Assembly (NCBI GenBank): GCA_963754415.1
Contig: CAVWGA010000001.1
Span: 290,494-354,493, forward strand
DNA: 64,000 bases
Direction: 5' to 3'
Source: Vulcanimicrobiota bacterium
GTDB lineage: Bacteria > Vulcanimicrobiota > Vulcanimicrobiia > Vulcanimicrobiales > Vulcanimicrobiaceae
This document shows, in pieces, positions 19,870 to 29,563 of the stretch. Every line of letters begins with the position of its first letter. Within the stretch, counting starts at the first letter, position 1. A program made the translations under genes and the position numbers. Below the pieces are notes generated by a model. It did not search any database, was not told where the DNA came from, and saw nothing but the letters and a program-made list of their open reading frames with translations.

Positions 19870-20943
19870 TTGGACGTTGTAACCTCGGCGTCGCTCGGCG
19901 CCGACATCACACGCTTGGGAGTCGTCCTCGAGCCGAACGGTGACCCGAGCGAAGCCGAGGGCGTCCTCAACCCCGCCACGGCTCGGACGCGCGACGGGAA
20001 GCTCCTCCTCTATCCGCGTGCCGTCGGGCATGGCAATACCTCGCGCATCGGCCTCGTCGAAGCCGGTGGACCGGCGGAGGCGCCGCACTTTACGCGCATC
20101 GGTTTCGCGCTCGAGCCCGAAGCCGCGTACGAAATTCGCACCGGCCCAGGCGGCTATGGCTGTGAAGATCCGCGGGTCACGTTTATCCCGCTGCTCGATC
20201 GTTACGTGATGGCGTATACGGCCTTCGGCCCGGCGGGGCCGCGCATCGGCGTCGCCTTGTCGCGCGACGGCTACGCATGGGAACGCCTCGGACTGGTCGA
20301 CTTCTCGGCGCCCGACCTGCCCGTGGGGGACGATAAAGACGGGGTTTTCTTCCCTGAACCCGTCCTTTCTCCGGGCGGCGTGTGGAGCTTCGCTCTGTAC
20401 CACCGGCCGATGCGTCACGTCGTGGCGATCGACGTATGCGCGGCCGCGCCGATCGTGCTCGCTAAGGCGCCGCACGAACGGGAATGCACCCGGATCGCCT
20501 ACGTGCCGGTCGAGCCTGTGCTCGACGATCGGCGCAACCTTCTACGGGTCGCCGAAAGCGTCATCGTGCTTGAACCGGGCCCGTCGTGGGGGCTGATCAA
20601 GAACGGCGGCGGAACGCCGCCGGTGCGCATCGCCGAGGGCTGGCTGTCATTCTATCATGGCGTCGACGTCCACGCGGCGAAGGACGGCCGGTGTCTGGGC
20701 ATGCGCTACAGCGGCGGGCTGATCGTCCACGATGCCGAGCAGCCGCACCGGGTCCTGTTCCACTCGGCGGCGCCGCTGCTAACGCCCAAGACCGTCGAAG
20801 AGCGCTTTGGGACCGTGAACGAAGTCGTGTTTCCGACGGGGATCGACCTGCGTCCCGGTGCCCCCCCGCGCGAGTACGACCTCTACTACGGGATGGCCGA
20901 CTCGAAGATCGGGCGTGCGCGGGTGCGCTTGGCCCCCGCCTGA
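19870..20943 (+). CDS. Glycoside hydrolase family 130-like (beta-mannoside phosphorylase / DUF377 glycosidase)
   Basis: GVLNPA...YGCEDPRVTF...GVALSRDG...KNGGG...LSFYHG...VVFPTG...LYYGMADSKIG matches the five-bladed propeller GH130 pattern. The TTG 19870 start is a guess within ORF 19477-20943. Confidence 0.75.
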   Translation: MDVVTSASLGADITRLGVVLEPNGDPSEAEGVLNPATARTRDGKLLLYPRAVGHGNTSRIGLVEAGGPAEAPHFTRIGFALEPEAAYEIRTGPGGYGCEDPRVTFIPLLDRYVMAYTAFGPAGPRIGVALSRDGYAWERLGLVDFSAPDLPVGDDKDGVFFPEPVLSPGGVWSFALYHRPMRHVVAIDVCAAAPIVLAKAPHERECTRIAYVPVEPVLDDRRNLLRVAESVIVLEPGPSWGLIKNGGGTPPVRIAEGWLSFYHGVDVHAAKDGRCLGMRYSGGLIVHDAEQPHRVLFHSAAPLLTPKTVEERFGTVNEVVFPTGIDLRPGAPPREYDLYYGMADSKIGRARVRLAPA

Positions 20944-20961
20944 ACGCCGCTAGAGCGCGAC

Positions 20962-21556
20962 GTGGTGCGCTATCTTGCGATAGCGACGGTGATCGTCGCC
21001 GTCGTCCTGGCTCTGCTGACCAGCTTCCATGCGCGCATGGGCGACCCGCGCGGCCGCACGCGCTACGTTCCGGCGACCGGGACGCCGGGGCCCGGCGAGC
21101 GCTATCACCGGGTCGTGCGCTCGACCGAGGGCGTCAGCGGCTCGGCGCCTTGGATCCTTTCGGCCCTGCCGGGGTGCTTCACCCAGACCCGTGAGGTCCG
21201 CGGAAGCCCGGCCTACGTGCTGGCCCGCATCCCGCGCGGCCTGACCGCCGATTCCGGTCGGCAGCCGATTGCTCAGCGGCGACTGCGCGGTCGTCCGGGC
21301 GTTGCCGCTTGCATTGCACGTCTCCCGCGGCAGCGACGTCAACGTCGTGATCGCGCCGGTCAGCGTCTTTGCGATCGCGCCTCGAGCGCCGTCTTCAAAC
21401 AAAGGGCGGACGCTCGTGCTCGTCGTGCGGGCAGGGACGAAGCTCGTCTTGCGGCGTTACCTGACCCGTGCGGACGCCGTCGTGCTGCCGTGCAGCGCCC
21501 GAGCGCAACCGGCATCGTCGCCCGCGCAGTCGAAGGAAGCGATTCCATGCATGTGA
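20962..21556 (+). pseudogene. Hypothetical N-terminally anchored protein, probable frameshift near 21255
   Basis: TM start [21 protein letters not shown]. Protein-like sequence appears to continue in ORF 21269-21556 ([30 protein letters not shown]...). The end overlaps the prfC start by 10 nt. Weak call. Confidence 0.3.
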
Positions 21557-23187
21557 CCGACGCCGAGATCGCTCGTGCCGTCGAGCAGCGTCGCACGTTT
21601 GCGATCATCTCGCATCCCGACGCCGGCAAGACGACGTTGACCGAAAAACTGCTGCTGTACGGCGGGGCGATTACGACTGCCGGCCAAGTCGCGGCGCGCC
21701 GCCGCGCACGCCAAGCGACGTCCGACTGGATGGACCTCGAACGCGAACGCGGCATCTCGATCACGTCGACCGTGCTGCAATTTCCGTACAAGGGACACAC
21801 GCTCAATCTGCTCGATACGCCCGGCCACCAAGATTTCGGCGAAGACACGTATCGGACGCTGCTCGCCGCCGATAGCGCCGTCATGCTGATCGACGCGGCC
21901 AAAGGCGTCGAGCCGCAAACGAAAAAGCTGTTCGCGATCTGCCGGGCGCGGCGTATACCCCTGTTCACCTTCATCAATAAACTGGACCGTCCCAGCCGCG
22001 ATCCCGCTCGAGCTGCTCGATGAACTCGAGAAAGTGCTAGGCATCGCGGCTTACCCGATCGTTTGGCCGCTGGGCAACGGTCCGGCATTTCGCGGCGTGT
22101 ACGATCGCCGTTCGTCCGACGTGTCAGTTGTTCGAACGGACCGAACACGGTGCAAAGCGCGCCCCGGTGCACGTGACCGATCTCAACGATCCCGGCTTCG
22201 CTGCATTGACCGACGAAGCGACGTACGCGGAATTCCGCGACAGCCTCGAACTGCTCGAAGGAGCCGGTACGGCGTTCGATCGAGCGGCGTTCATGGCCGG
22301 CGACGCGACGCCGGTCTTCTTCGGGAGCGCCGTGACGAACTTCGGCGTCGAGCTTTTTCTGGATGCGTTCTTGGAGATGGCGCCGCCGCCGCGCGCCCGG
22401 CGCGCCTTCGTCGACGGTTCGGCCTCCGGCGGCGACGTGCCGCCCGACGCGCGCTCGTTCAGCGGCTTCGTGTTCAAGATTCAAGCGAACATGGACCCAC
22501 GGCACCGCGATCGCATCGCGTTCCTGCGCGTCTGCAGCGGACGCTTCGAACGCGATATGACCGTCCGCAACGTGCGGACGGGCAAGGACGTCCGGTTGAC
22601 GCGGGCGATGAAACTGTTCGCCAGCGAGCGTGAAGTCGTCGGCGGAAGCGTACGCGGGCGACGTCGTCGGCCTCGCGAACCCTGGCAGCTTTGCAATCGG
22701 CGACACGCTGTGCAGCGGCACGGCACTAGCCTACGAGCCGATACCGTCGTTCGCGCCGGAACATTTCGCCGCCGTGCGCAACGTCGATACGGGCGCGTAC
22801 AAGTCGTTTCAAAAAGGCATCGCGCAGTTGGCCGAAGAGGGCGCCATCCAGCTCTTTTATGCGTCCGGCACGATGCGCAGCGAACCGATCTTCGCAGCGG
22901 TCGGCGAGCTGCAATTTGAAGTCGCGAAATATCGCCTTGCCGCGGAGTACAACGTCCAAGCGGAGTTTTCGCGTCTTCCCTTCTCGCTCGCGCGCAAGGT
23001 CGTCGGCACACCCGCGGCGCTCGCCGCCGCGACGTGGCCCACGAGCGCACGGCTGCTGACGGACATCGCGGGCGATCCCGTCGCGCTGTTCGAGAGCGAT
23101 TGGAGCGTACGTCTTGCGCAGGAGTGGAACCCGGCTCTCCGCTTCGAACCCTTCGAAGCGAGCGAGCAGGTCGCTGCCGTCGCCTAG
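21547..23187 (+). pseudogene. prfC: Peptide chain release factor 3, three frameshifts as sequenced
   Basis: [26 protein letters not shown]...[10 protein letters not shown]...NKLDR (GTPase G1-G4). Continues [26 protein letters not shown] after ~22005, LFERTEHGAK...FFGSAVTNFGV...FKIQANMDPRHRDRIAF after ~22125, and EAYAGDVVGL...ELQFEV after ~22625. Confidence 0.85.
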
Positions 23188-23223
23188 CGACCACGCGCGC
23201 CTGACGGGAGCGCCATCGCTGCG

Positions 23224-24216
23224 GTGCCCGGCGGCGTGAGCGGCTCCGACGCGGTGGACTACGCCGATATCGTCGCGGCGGCGGAGCGGCTGCGCGGAGT
23301 GGCGCACCGCACGCCGATCGTTACGTCACGAACGCTCGACGCGCGCACGGCTGCGCACGCCTATCTGAAGTGCGAGAACTTCCAGCGCATGGGCGCCTTC
23401 AAGTTTCGCGGGGCGTACAATCGCATCGTGCAGCTCGATCCCGCTCAGCGCCGGCGCGGCGTCGTGGCGTACTCGAGCGGTAACCACGCGCAAGGTGTAG
23501 CGCTCGCCGCGCAGTTGCTCGGTGTGCCGGCCGCGATCGTGATGCCGCACGACGCGCCTAGCGCCAAGCTCGCGGCGACGCGCGGCTACGGCGCAGAAGT
23601 GATCGGTTACGATCGCCGCACGATGAACCGCGGCGAGATCGCTACGCAGATTGCGCGCGAGCGGGGTGCGACGCTCGTGCCGCCCTACGACGATCCTGCG
23701 ATCATCGCCGGCCAAGGAACGACGGGTTTCGAACTCCTCACCGACGTTCCGGAGCTCGAGGTACTGCTCGTCCCCGTTGGCGGAGGCGGACTGCTCGCAG
23801 GCTGCGCCGTGGCCGCGACGCACCTACGGCCCGGCATCGAAATGTATGGCGTCGAACCTGCCGCCGGCGACGATTTCGCGCGATCCTTTGTCAGCGGTCA
23901 ACGCGTCGAAATTCCCGTTCCCGACACGATCGCCGACGGCCAACAGACGACGTCGCCCGGCACACTGACCTTTCCGATCGTCCAGCGTTTGTGCGCGGGC
24001 TTTCTGACCGTAACGGACGACGAAATACGCGCCGCCATGCGTTTCGCCTTCGCTCGTCTCAAGCTAATCCTCGAACCTAGCGGCGCCAGCGCCCTCGCTG
24101 CATTGCTTGCCGGCCACCTCGCGACGGAGCATCGGCGCATCGGTATCGTGCTCAGTGGCGGCAACGTCGACGCTGCGCGCTACGCCGAGATCATCACCGC
24201 GGCGTCCCCGACGTGA
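23224..24216 (+). CDS. PLP-dependent threonine/serine ammonia-lyase (serine racemase/threonine dehydratase family)
   Basis: KCENFQRMGAFKFRGAYN (PLP-lysine motif), SSGNHAQG, VPVGGGGLLAG. Confidence 0.85.
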   Translation: MPGGVSGSDAVDYADIVAAAERLRGVAHRTPIVTSRTLDARTAAHAYLKCENFQRMGAFKFRGAYNRIVQLDPAQRRRGVVAYSSGNHAQGVALAAQLLGVPAAIVMPHDAPSAKLAATRGYGAEVIGYDRRTMNRGEIATQIARERGATLVPPYDDPAIIAGQGTTGFELLTDVPELEVLLVPVGGGGLLAGCAVAATHLRPGIEMYGVEPAAGDDFARSFVSGQRVEIPVPDTIADGQQTTSPGTLTFPIVQRLCAGFLTVTDDEIRAAMRFAFARLKLILEPSGASALAALLAGHLATEHRRIGIVLSGGNVDAARYAEIITAASPT

Positions 24217-24219
24217 GCT

Positions 24220-24693
24220 TTAGGGCGACGGTGCAGAACTCGCCGCGGGCATCGCCGCTTTGGGGTTCGAGAGGTCCGCACACGCGACATACGTACTCAA
24301 ATCGCTCGTCGACTTGTGCACGTTGACGGCGAACCCGCCTCCTGTGAGGGTTGCGAGCGGCGCCTGGACCGTCGTCGTCGATTTTCCCCCGACGACGTTC
24401 TCAAGTGGGTAGGCGACCGCCCCGACCTTCGGGCAAGCGCCCTTATGGATGTGGGCAGGCTGCGCAGCGTTGGGCGCAGAGGTGAGCGCGATCGTAACGG
24501 CCGTTGCCTTAGGGCCCTTAGGCGTTAAGGTGACCGTGCCGCTCTCTGCCGATCCGTTTTCGGACGTGAAGTGAAAGGTGGTGGCGCTCGCTGCGCCGCC
24601 CTTCATGGAATCGCGGCCCAACGCCGGAGCGGCGCAGAGCAGTCCCACCGAGACGCATATCAAGCCGAAGTGACGTACATTCATACGCGTCAC
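24220..24693 (-). CDS. Secreted hypothetical protein, CHRD-like
   Basis: Signal peptide, then AHIHKGACPKVGAV...GFAVNVHKS, which resembles CHRD-domain patterns (HIH.G...NvH). Tentative. Confidence 0.45.
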   Translation of the reverse strand: MTRMNVRHFGLICVSVGLLCAAPALGRDSMKGGAASATTFHFTSENGSAESGTVTLTPKGPKATAVTIALTSAPNAAQPAHIHKGACPKVGAVAYPLENVVGGKSTTTVQAPLATLTGGGFAVNVHKSTSDLSTYVACADLSNPKAAMPAASSAPSP

Positions 24694-24773
24694 TTCAGAA
24701 CGCGCAAACTGGGCGCCTCCCTCCCCACATGGTAGCCGGCGGCCCTAGAGCGCAGGCCACTGCTCACTTTACA

Positions 24774-25484
24774 TCAGCGTAAGCGATGCGGCGAACGATT
24801 CGCGTCGCTGCTCCGTTTCGGTCGAAACGGTGCGCCGAGCGTGAACTGACGATCGTGCCGCAGACTCGCATCGACGTCCTCGCAGCCGATCGGCGTGAAG
24901 GCACCGCAATCGTGCGGTCGCGCCTCGTAGATTCCGCAGTAATAGCGGCCCGAACGCGAGCCTTTGAGAAACACGCACTGGCTGGCGACGTCGTCCGTCA
25001 CTTTTTTGAGGTATCCGACGACGTAACCGTCGGCGGATTCGCGTTGCACGACGTACGATTCGAGCGCTTCTTCGTAGCCGATGCCGAGGTGCTGCGCGAT
25101 GCGCGTCACATCGGCACGGTTAACGAACGGTTCGTAGCCGCTGCAGCACTCGGCGCAGCCCGGAGGGCACGCGACATTGTCGGGCATATCGCGTTGGTGC
25201 TTTCGCGCCAGCTCGATCACCGCGCGAATCGCTCGCACGAATTCGGGGTCGTCGTTGTACTTATACGACCATTCCTTCTGCCGGATCTCGTTCGTGTTGT
25301 AGCGGTGCGTCGTCTTTTGATTGTACGTAAGCGTGATGTGCTCTTCGGTGATCTCGATGTTTTGCACCGACTCGATCGGCTCGGTGTCCAACAGTTCCAG
25401 CCGAGTCGGCTGATGAGTCCGGCGCGTGAACGCACGCAGCTCACGCAAGGCTCCGTGCGAGATGAGATCGATCGTCTCGGTCAT
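24774..25484 (-). CDS. YkgJ-family cysteine-cluster protein
   Basis: CPPGCAECCSGYEP...CVFL...YYCGIYEARPHDC matches the CxxCxxCC zinc/iron-chelating family. Start at MTETIDL (ATG 25482-25484). Confidence 0.7.
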   Translation of the reverse strand: MTETIDLISHGALRELRAFTRRTHQPTRLELLDTEPIESVQNIEITEEHITLTYNQKTTHRYNTNEIRQKEWSYKYNDDPEFVRAIRAVIELARKHQRDMPDNVACPPGCAECCSGYEPFVNRADVTRIAQHLGIGYEEALESYVVQRESADGYVVGYLKKVTDDVASQCVFLKGSRSGRYYCGIYEARPHDCGAFTPIGCEDVDASLRHDRQFTLGAPFRPKRSSDANRSPHRLR

Positions 25485-25579
25485 GGCGCGGGGATTTCGC
25501 GGGGCCGGACATGTGGACCCGGCGAACGATGCAGCCGCCGGGTACGTTCTCAGCGCGCCTAACGTCGAAAGGAGTCCCG

Positions 25580-26140
25580 ATGCCAGCTCTTCGCCGGACC
25601 GTTGCAATCGTTTCCGCGGCAGCGATGTGTGCCATTCCCTTGACCGCCTCGGCGGCGACCGGAAAGGACACTTTGCGCGCCAAGATCATTGGCGCTTTCA
25701 ACGGCGTGAAATCGTACAAATTGACCGTACTGGGGTCGGTGCGTTCCAACGGCGTCTTCGTCAAGCCCGACCGGTATGCGATGACGACGACGTTTCAGGG
25801 CAAGCCGATCAAAACGGTGATCATCGGGTCCAGCTATTGGCTGTACTCGGGCGGCAAGTGGCAGAAGTCAGGCAGCGCTCCCAACACCCTCGATGTCGAC
25901 ATCGCGGGCCTTCTGCGTAACGCGCAGGCCAATCCGAACAGTCCGTTCGTCGCGCAGCCGGACCAAACGCAGGACGGCAAAAAAGTCGGCACGTTCATGT
26001 ACACGTTCAAGAACGGCGCTCAAGAGACGTGCAATTACGATAAGTCGACCTACAGGGCCACGCGCTGCAAAGGCGAGGAACTGACGCTGCTCTATTCCGG
26101 CTACAACGATCCGCGCAATACCGTGGCCAAGCTGCACTAG
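25580..26140 (+). CDS. Secreted hypothetical protein (LolA/LppX-like fold suspected)
   Basis: AAAGGAG lies upstream of ATG 25580. Signal MPALRRTVAIVSAAAMCAIPLTASA. No motif recognised. Confidence 0.5.
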   Translation: MPALRRTVAIVSAAAMCAIPLTASAATGKDTLRAKIIGAFNGVKSYKLTVLGSVRSNGVFVKPDRYAMTTTFQGKPIKTVIIGSSYWLYSGGKWQKSGSAPNTLDVDIAGLLRNAQANPNSPFVAQPDQTQDGKKVGTFMYTFKNGAQETCNYDKSTYRATRCKGEELTLLYSGYNDPRNTVAKLH

Positions 26141-26272
26141 CGGCAAGCCGACCCGACTTTCGGAGCGGAAGTGCGTGCGCTCGCAAGGCACCGCAGCGGC
26201 CGAGTGCGTTGGAGCGGTACAAGCCTGTGGGAACGTCGACGTGACCCTTTCCACGGAGTACAGGAGGCCGAC

Positions 26273-26695
26273 ATGGCAACATCAGACCAGGTGACGCGCT
26301 TGGGAAGCGCCGTCGCACTCAGCATTGGGCTCGTCGCAATGCCCTTCGTCCCAGCCTTCGCCGGCAATGCGAGTTCGAGCGCGGCGCACCCCACGACCGT
26401 ACGTACGGCCGGCGGCGTCGCTGCAGGGCGGGTGCCGACTGGCACGCAGCTCGCGCAGGACAGCGGCACCGGAGCCACCGGAGCGAACGATAGCGGAAGC
26501 GGGACGGCCGGTACCAACGGTGCTGCCGGGAACGGGACCTACGGTGGAACCTATGGCGCGAACGGTGCCACGGGTCGCCGCGGGAGAGGCGCTTGGGGCT
26601 GGATCGGTCTGATCGGACTATTTGGCCTCCTCGGCTTGCGTCCGACGCGCAGCCGTACGACGGTTGGAACGACGACGACTCCGCCGCTTCGTTAA
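26273..26695 (+). CDS. Secreted Gly/Thr/Ala-rich protein with WGWIGLIGLFGLLGL C-terminal hydrophobic tail
   Basis: AGGAGG lies upstream of ATG 26273. Signal ...MPFVPAFA, then a low-complexity G/T/A/N region, then RRGRGAWGWIGLIGLFGLLGLRPTRSR. Confidence 0.55.
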   Translation: MATSDQVTRLGSAVALSIGLVAMPFVPAFAGNASSSAAHPTTVRTAGGVAAGRVPTGTQLAQDSGTGATGANDSGSGTAGTNGAAGNGTYGGTYGANGATGRRGRGAWGWIGLIGLFGLLGLRPTRSRTTVGTTTTPPLR

Positions 26696-26849
26696 CGTCC
26701 CTGCGACGGCGGGCGCTCCGCACGCCCATCAGCACCGTCGTCTCACGGTGCGCGCCATCGGATGCCGGTTCAATGGCCTAGTTTGGCGCGTCTGCTCGAC
26801 GTAGGACGATCGCGGCAGGGAGCAGGGCGAGCGACGACAAGCTTGGAGC

Positions 26850-27806
26850 ATGAAGGCGATCGGCGTCGATCTCGGCGGTTCTCACGTGCTCGCGACGCTC
26901 GTCGACGACGAGGGCACGATCGAGGAGCGGTTCGAACGTGACATCGTCGACCGGGCCTTCGACGCGGCGGTCGACACGATTGCGGCGACGGTCGAAGACG
27001 TGCTGTCCTGCACGAAAGAGAAGCATGTCGCCGGGATCGGTCTCGGGTCACCCGGCAACGTCGACTTGGATACCGGCACGATTCGCTACTCACCGAACTT
27101 CGGTTGGCGTGACGTGCCGCTCGGCGCGAAGCTGCGCGAACGGTTCAAATTGCCGGTCATCATCGCGAACGACGCGCGCTGCGCAACGCTGGGCGAATAT
27201 ACGTACGGAACGGGCCGCGGGCGCAAAGATTTCGTCTTACTGACGCTCGGTACGGGCATCGGGGGCGGGATCGTCGCCGAAGGAACGCTGCTGATCGGTA
27301 ACGGTGCGGGGGCGGGCGAGATCGGTCACCATCAAGTTCGCGGCGTCGACGGTTTCTACTGCAATTGCGGCAAGATCGGTTGTTTTGAAGCACAGGCTTC
27401 GGGAACCGGCTTGATCCGGCACGCTTTGGCGATCGCACCGTCCTTCCCGCGCAGCACGCTCGTCAGCGGGAAGCCTGAGAAGTTAGGCTCCCGCGCCATT
27501 CGTCGCGCCGCTCAAGCCGGCGACCCGCACGCCGTGGCGGCGTGGCTGCGCTACGTCGACGACCTGTCGCGGGGACTGGCCAACATCGTCGCGTTCGTCA
27601 ATCCCGAATTGATCGCGCTTGGCGGCGGCGTTGCCAGCGCCGGCGACTTCATGCTCGACGCTGTCCGTCCGCGCGTCGATGAACTGACGACGATGGTGCC
27701 GCGCGGCCGCACCGAAATCGTCATCGCCGCCCTTGCCAACGACGCGGGCGCCGTCGGCGCGGCGGCCATGGCGCGCCGTGGCGGCCTCGTCGCTAAGCCT
27801 ACATAG
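26850..27806 (+). CDS. ROK-family glucokinase
   Basis: IGVDLGGS, ANDARCA, LTLGTGIGGGIV, and the zinc motif GHHQV...CNCGKIGCFE. Confidence 0.85.
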   Translation: MKAIGVDLGGSHVLATLVDDEGTIEERFERDIVDRAFDAAVDTIAATVEDVLSCTKEKHVAGIGLGSPGNVDLDTGTIRYSPNFGWRDVPLGAKLRERFKLPVIIANDARCATLGEYTYGTGRGRKDFVLLTLGTGIGGGIVAEGTLLIGNGAGAGEIGHHQVRGVDGFYCNCGKIGCFEAQASGTGLIRHALAIAPSFPRSTLVSGKPEKLGSRAIRRAAQAGDPHAVAAWLRYVDDLSRGLANIVAFVNPELIALGGGVASAGDFMLDAVRPRVDELTTMVPRGRTEIVIAALANDAGAVGAAAMARRGGLVAKPT

Positions 27807-28995
27807 AAGCGACTTTGGGGCCTAGCGGCGGCGCGTCGGACAGGTGACCGCACGCGACGTTGGCGATCAGTTCGGCGATGCGACGCGAACTGCCGCGGGG
27901 GGCGACGGAGGCTTGACGCGCCCGCATCGTTTGCAGGCGCTCTAAGTTCGTGACGATGCGGCGCACCGAACGGACGACGTCGGCCGTGGTTAGCGCTACG
28001 ACGCCGATGCCGTTGGTGCGGACGTAATCGAGATTGCCCCGCTCTTGCCCGGGAATGAAATCGTAAACGACGACCGGCACCTCGGCCAGACTCGCTTCGG
28101 CAATCGTGCCGGGGCCGGCCTTGGTGACGAGCAGATCGGCGGCGCGCATCAATTCGGCGACGTTATCGCAATATCCCAAAACCGTCATCGGAGTCGGCAA
28201 CGTCGTCGCAAGTTCCCCGAGTTTGGTGCGTAAAGCGGCGTTGCGGCCCGTGACGACGACCAAGTGCAACGGCAGCTTCGACTTGGCTAGCGCGAGCGTC
28301 GTAGGCAGCAGTTTGCCACCGCCTTCACCGCCCGCCATCAACAAAGCGATCGTTTTCGCGGCCGGCAATCCGAGCGTCACGCGTAGCTGGGCTTTGGTCT
28401 CCGAAACGTCTTCAAATTTGGGGTGAACCGGATGGCCCAGACAGTAGATGCGCTCCTTGACGATGCCGCGTTCACGCGCACGCTGATAGACTTCGCGCGC
28501 CGGAACGACGACGGCATCGACCTCCGGAACGAGCCAGCCTTCATGCACTTTGCCGAGGTCGGTGACCACCGTGATCACGGGTACTTCCAGCAAGTTCGCA
28601 TCGGCGCGCGCGCGCAAGGCAGCGTGATTGAGCAATGGGTGAACCGAGACGATCACGTCGGGACGATAACTGAGGAACAGATCGCGCAAGCGCTCGCGGT
28701 ACAGCGGTTCGCAGAAACGGATCACATTGCGAAAACGGCGCCGGCCGTTCGTGGCGTGGTAGAGCGCGCCGTAGATCGGCGGAGCGAAACGTAGCGCGGC
28801 ACTGTATGCCGGCCCCAACTGCGATAAGGGGAACGTGCAATGCGCTGCGACGTCTTCGATACGGTGGGAGAAACGTACGCTCTCACCGTGTGGACCGATC
28901 CGCGTCTCATCGAGCGCGGCGACGATGGCATTGGCGGCGCTGCGATGGCCGCCTCCGGTGTCGGAGATGAGGACGAGGACGCGCTTCGTCATCAT
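27799..28995 (-). CDS. Monogalactosyl/diglucosyl-diacylglycerol synthase-like glycosyltransferase (GT28)
   Basis: VLVLISDTGGGHRSAANAI at the N-terminus, with a TKAGPGTIAEA...PGQERGN C-terminal domain. This is typical of MGDG synthase/UgtP-like enzymes. Confidence 0.8.
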   Translation of the reverse strand: MMTKRVLVLISDTGGGHRSAANAIVAALDETRIGPHGESVRFSHRIEDVAAHCTFPLSQLGPAYSAALRFAPPIYGALYHATNGRRRFRNVIRFCEPLYRERLRDLFLSYRPDVIVSVHPLLNHAALRARADANLLEVPVITVVTDLGKVHEGWLVPEVDAVVVPAREVYQRARERGIVKERIYCLGHPVHPKFEDVSETKAQLRVTLGLPAAKTIALLMAGGEGGGKLLPTTLALAKSKLPLHLVVVTGRNAALRTKLGELATTLPTPMTVLGYCDNVAELMRAADLLVTKAGPGTIAEASLAEVPVVVYDFIPGQERGNLDYVRTNGIGVVALTTADVVRSVRRIVTNLERLQTMRARQASVAPRGSSRRIAELIANVACGHLSDAPPLGPKVASM

Positions 28996-28999
28996 CTCC

Positions 29000-29563
29000 T
29001 TACGCGCGCTGCGTCGAACGCATCAAGCGCACGGCACGGATCCGTTCGAGACGACGCAGCGCGTTGCGGCGGCGGCGTTGGAAGGTGCGAACCGAGCGCA
29101 TAAACGCGCGCGCCGGCGCGTCGTAGAAGCGGAAGATATCCCCGAACTCGACGTCGGGATTACGGTGATGTCCGTCGTGATCTTCGGGCAGCACGATCCC
29201 GAGCGGCCGCGCAATTCGAACGAGCCAAGCGGGGCTGATCCAACCGAGATCGGTCGTGTGCCGCCACCAGACGTGCAGCTGTCCGAGCACGAGCCCAGTG
29301 ACCGCTCCGGCGATCGACCATGGTCCAAGCCAGCACAGCGGTGCAGCGATGAACAGATACGGCACGGCGCCTAGGAACCCGTCGAGCATGACGGCCGGAT
29401 CCTTCGAGAGGACGGCGTGATCCCAGTAGGAACGGCTCCGGTCGTGATGCGTGCGTAAGTGCAGCTTGAACCAAAGATGTTGCGGCACGTGATACAAGAA
29501 CGTCGAAGCGAGGTCTCCGACGAGCAGTACGATGACGAGTGAAACGAAGAACATTAACTCCAA
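29000..29563 (-). CDS. Fatty-acid hydroxylase / sterol desaturase superfamily membrane protein
   Basis: Histidine boxes HLRTHH, HVWWRH and HDGHH in a 4-TM protein. Its stop lies 4 nt upstream of the GT28 start. Confidence 0.65.
   Translation of the reverse strand: MELMFFVSLVIVLLVGDLASTFLYHVPQHLWFKLHLRTHHDRSRSYWDHAVLSKDPAVMLDGFLGAVPYLFIAAPLCWLGPWSIAGAVTGLVLGQLHVWWRHTTDLGWISPAWLVRIARPLGIVLPEDHDGHHRNPDVEFGDIFRFYDAPARAFMRSVRTFQRRRRNALRRLERIRAVRLMRSTQRA

Noticed and set aside
21360-22721. 453-aa ORF on the minus strand
   Set aside because: Antisense to prfC with low-complexity Arg/Ala composition. The plus strand carries unmistakable RF3 GTPase motifs.
21547-23187. Programmed ribosomal frameshifting in the release-factor gene
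   Set aside because: The known programmed +1 frameshift is in prfB (RF2), not prfC. There are three separate breaks here, and many unrelated genes in the window show the same defect.
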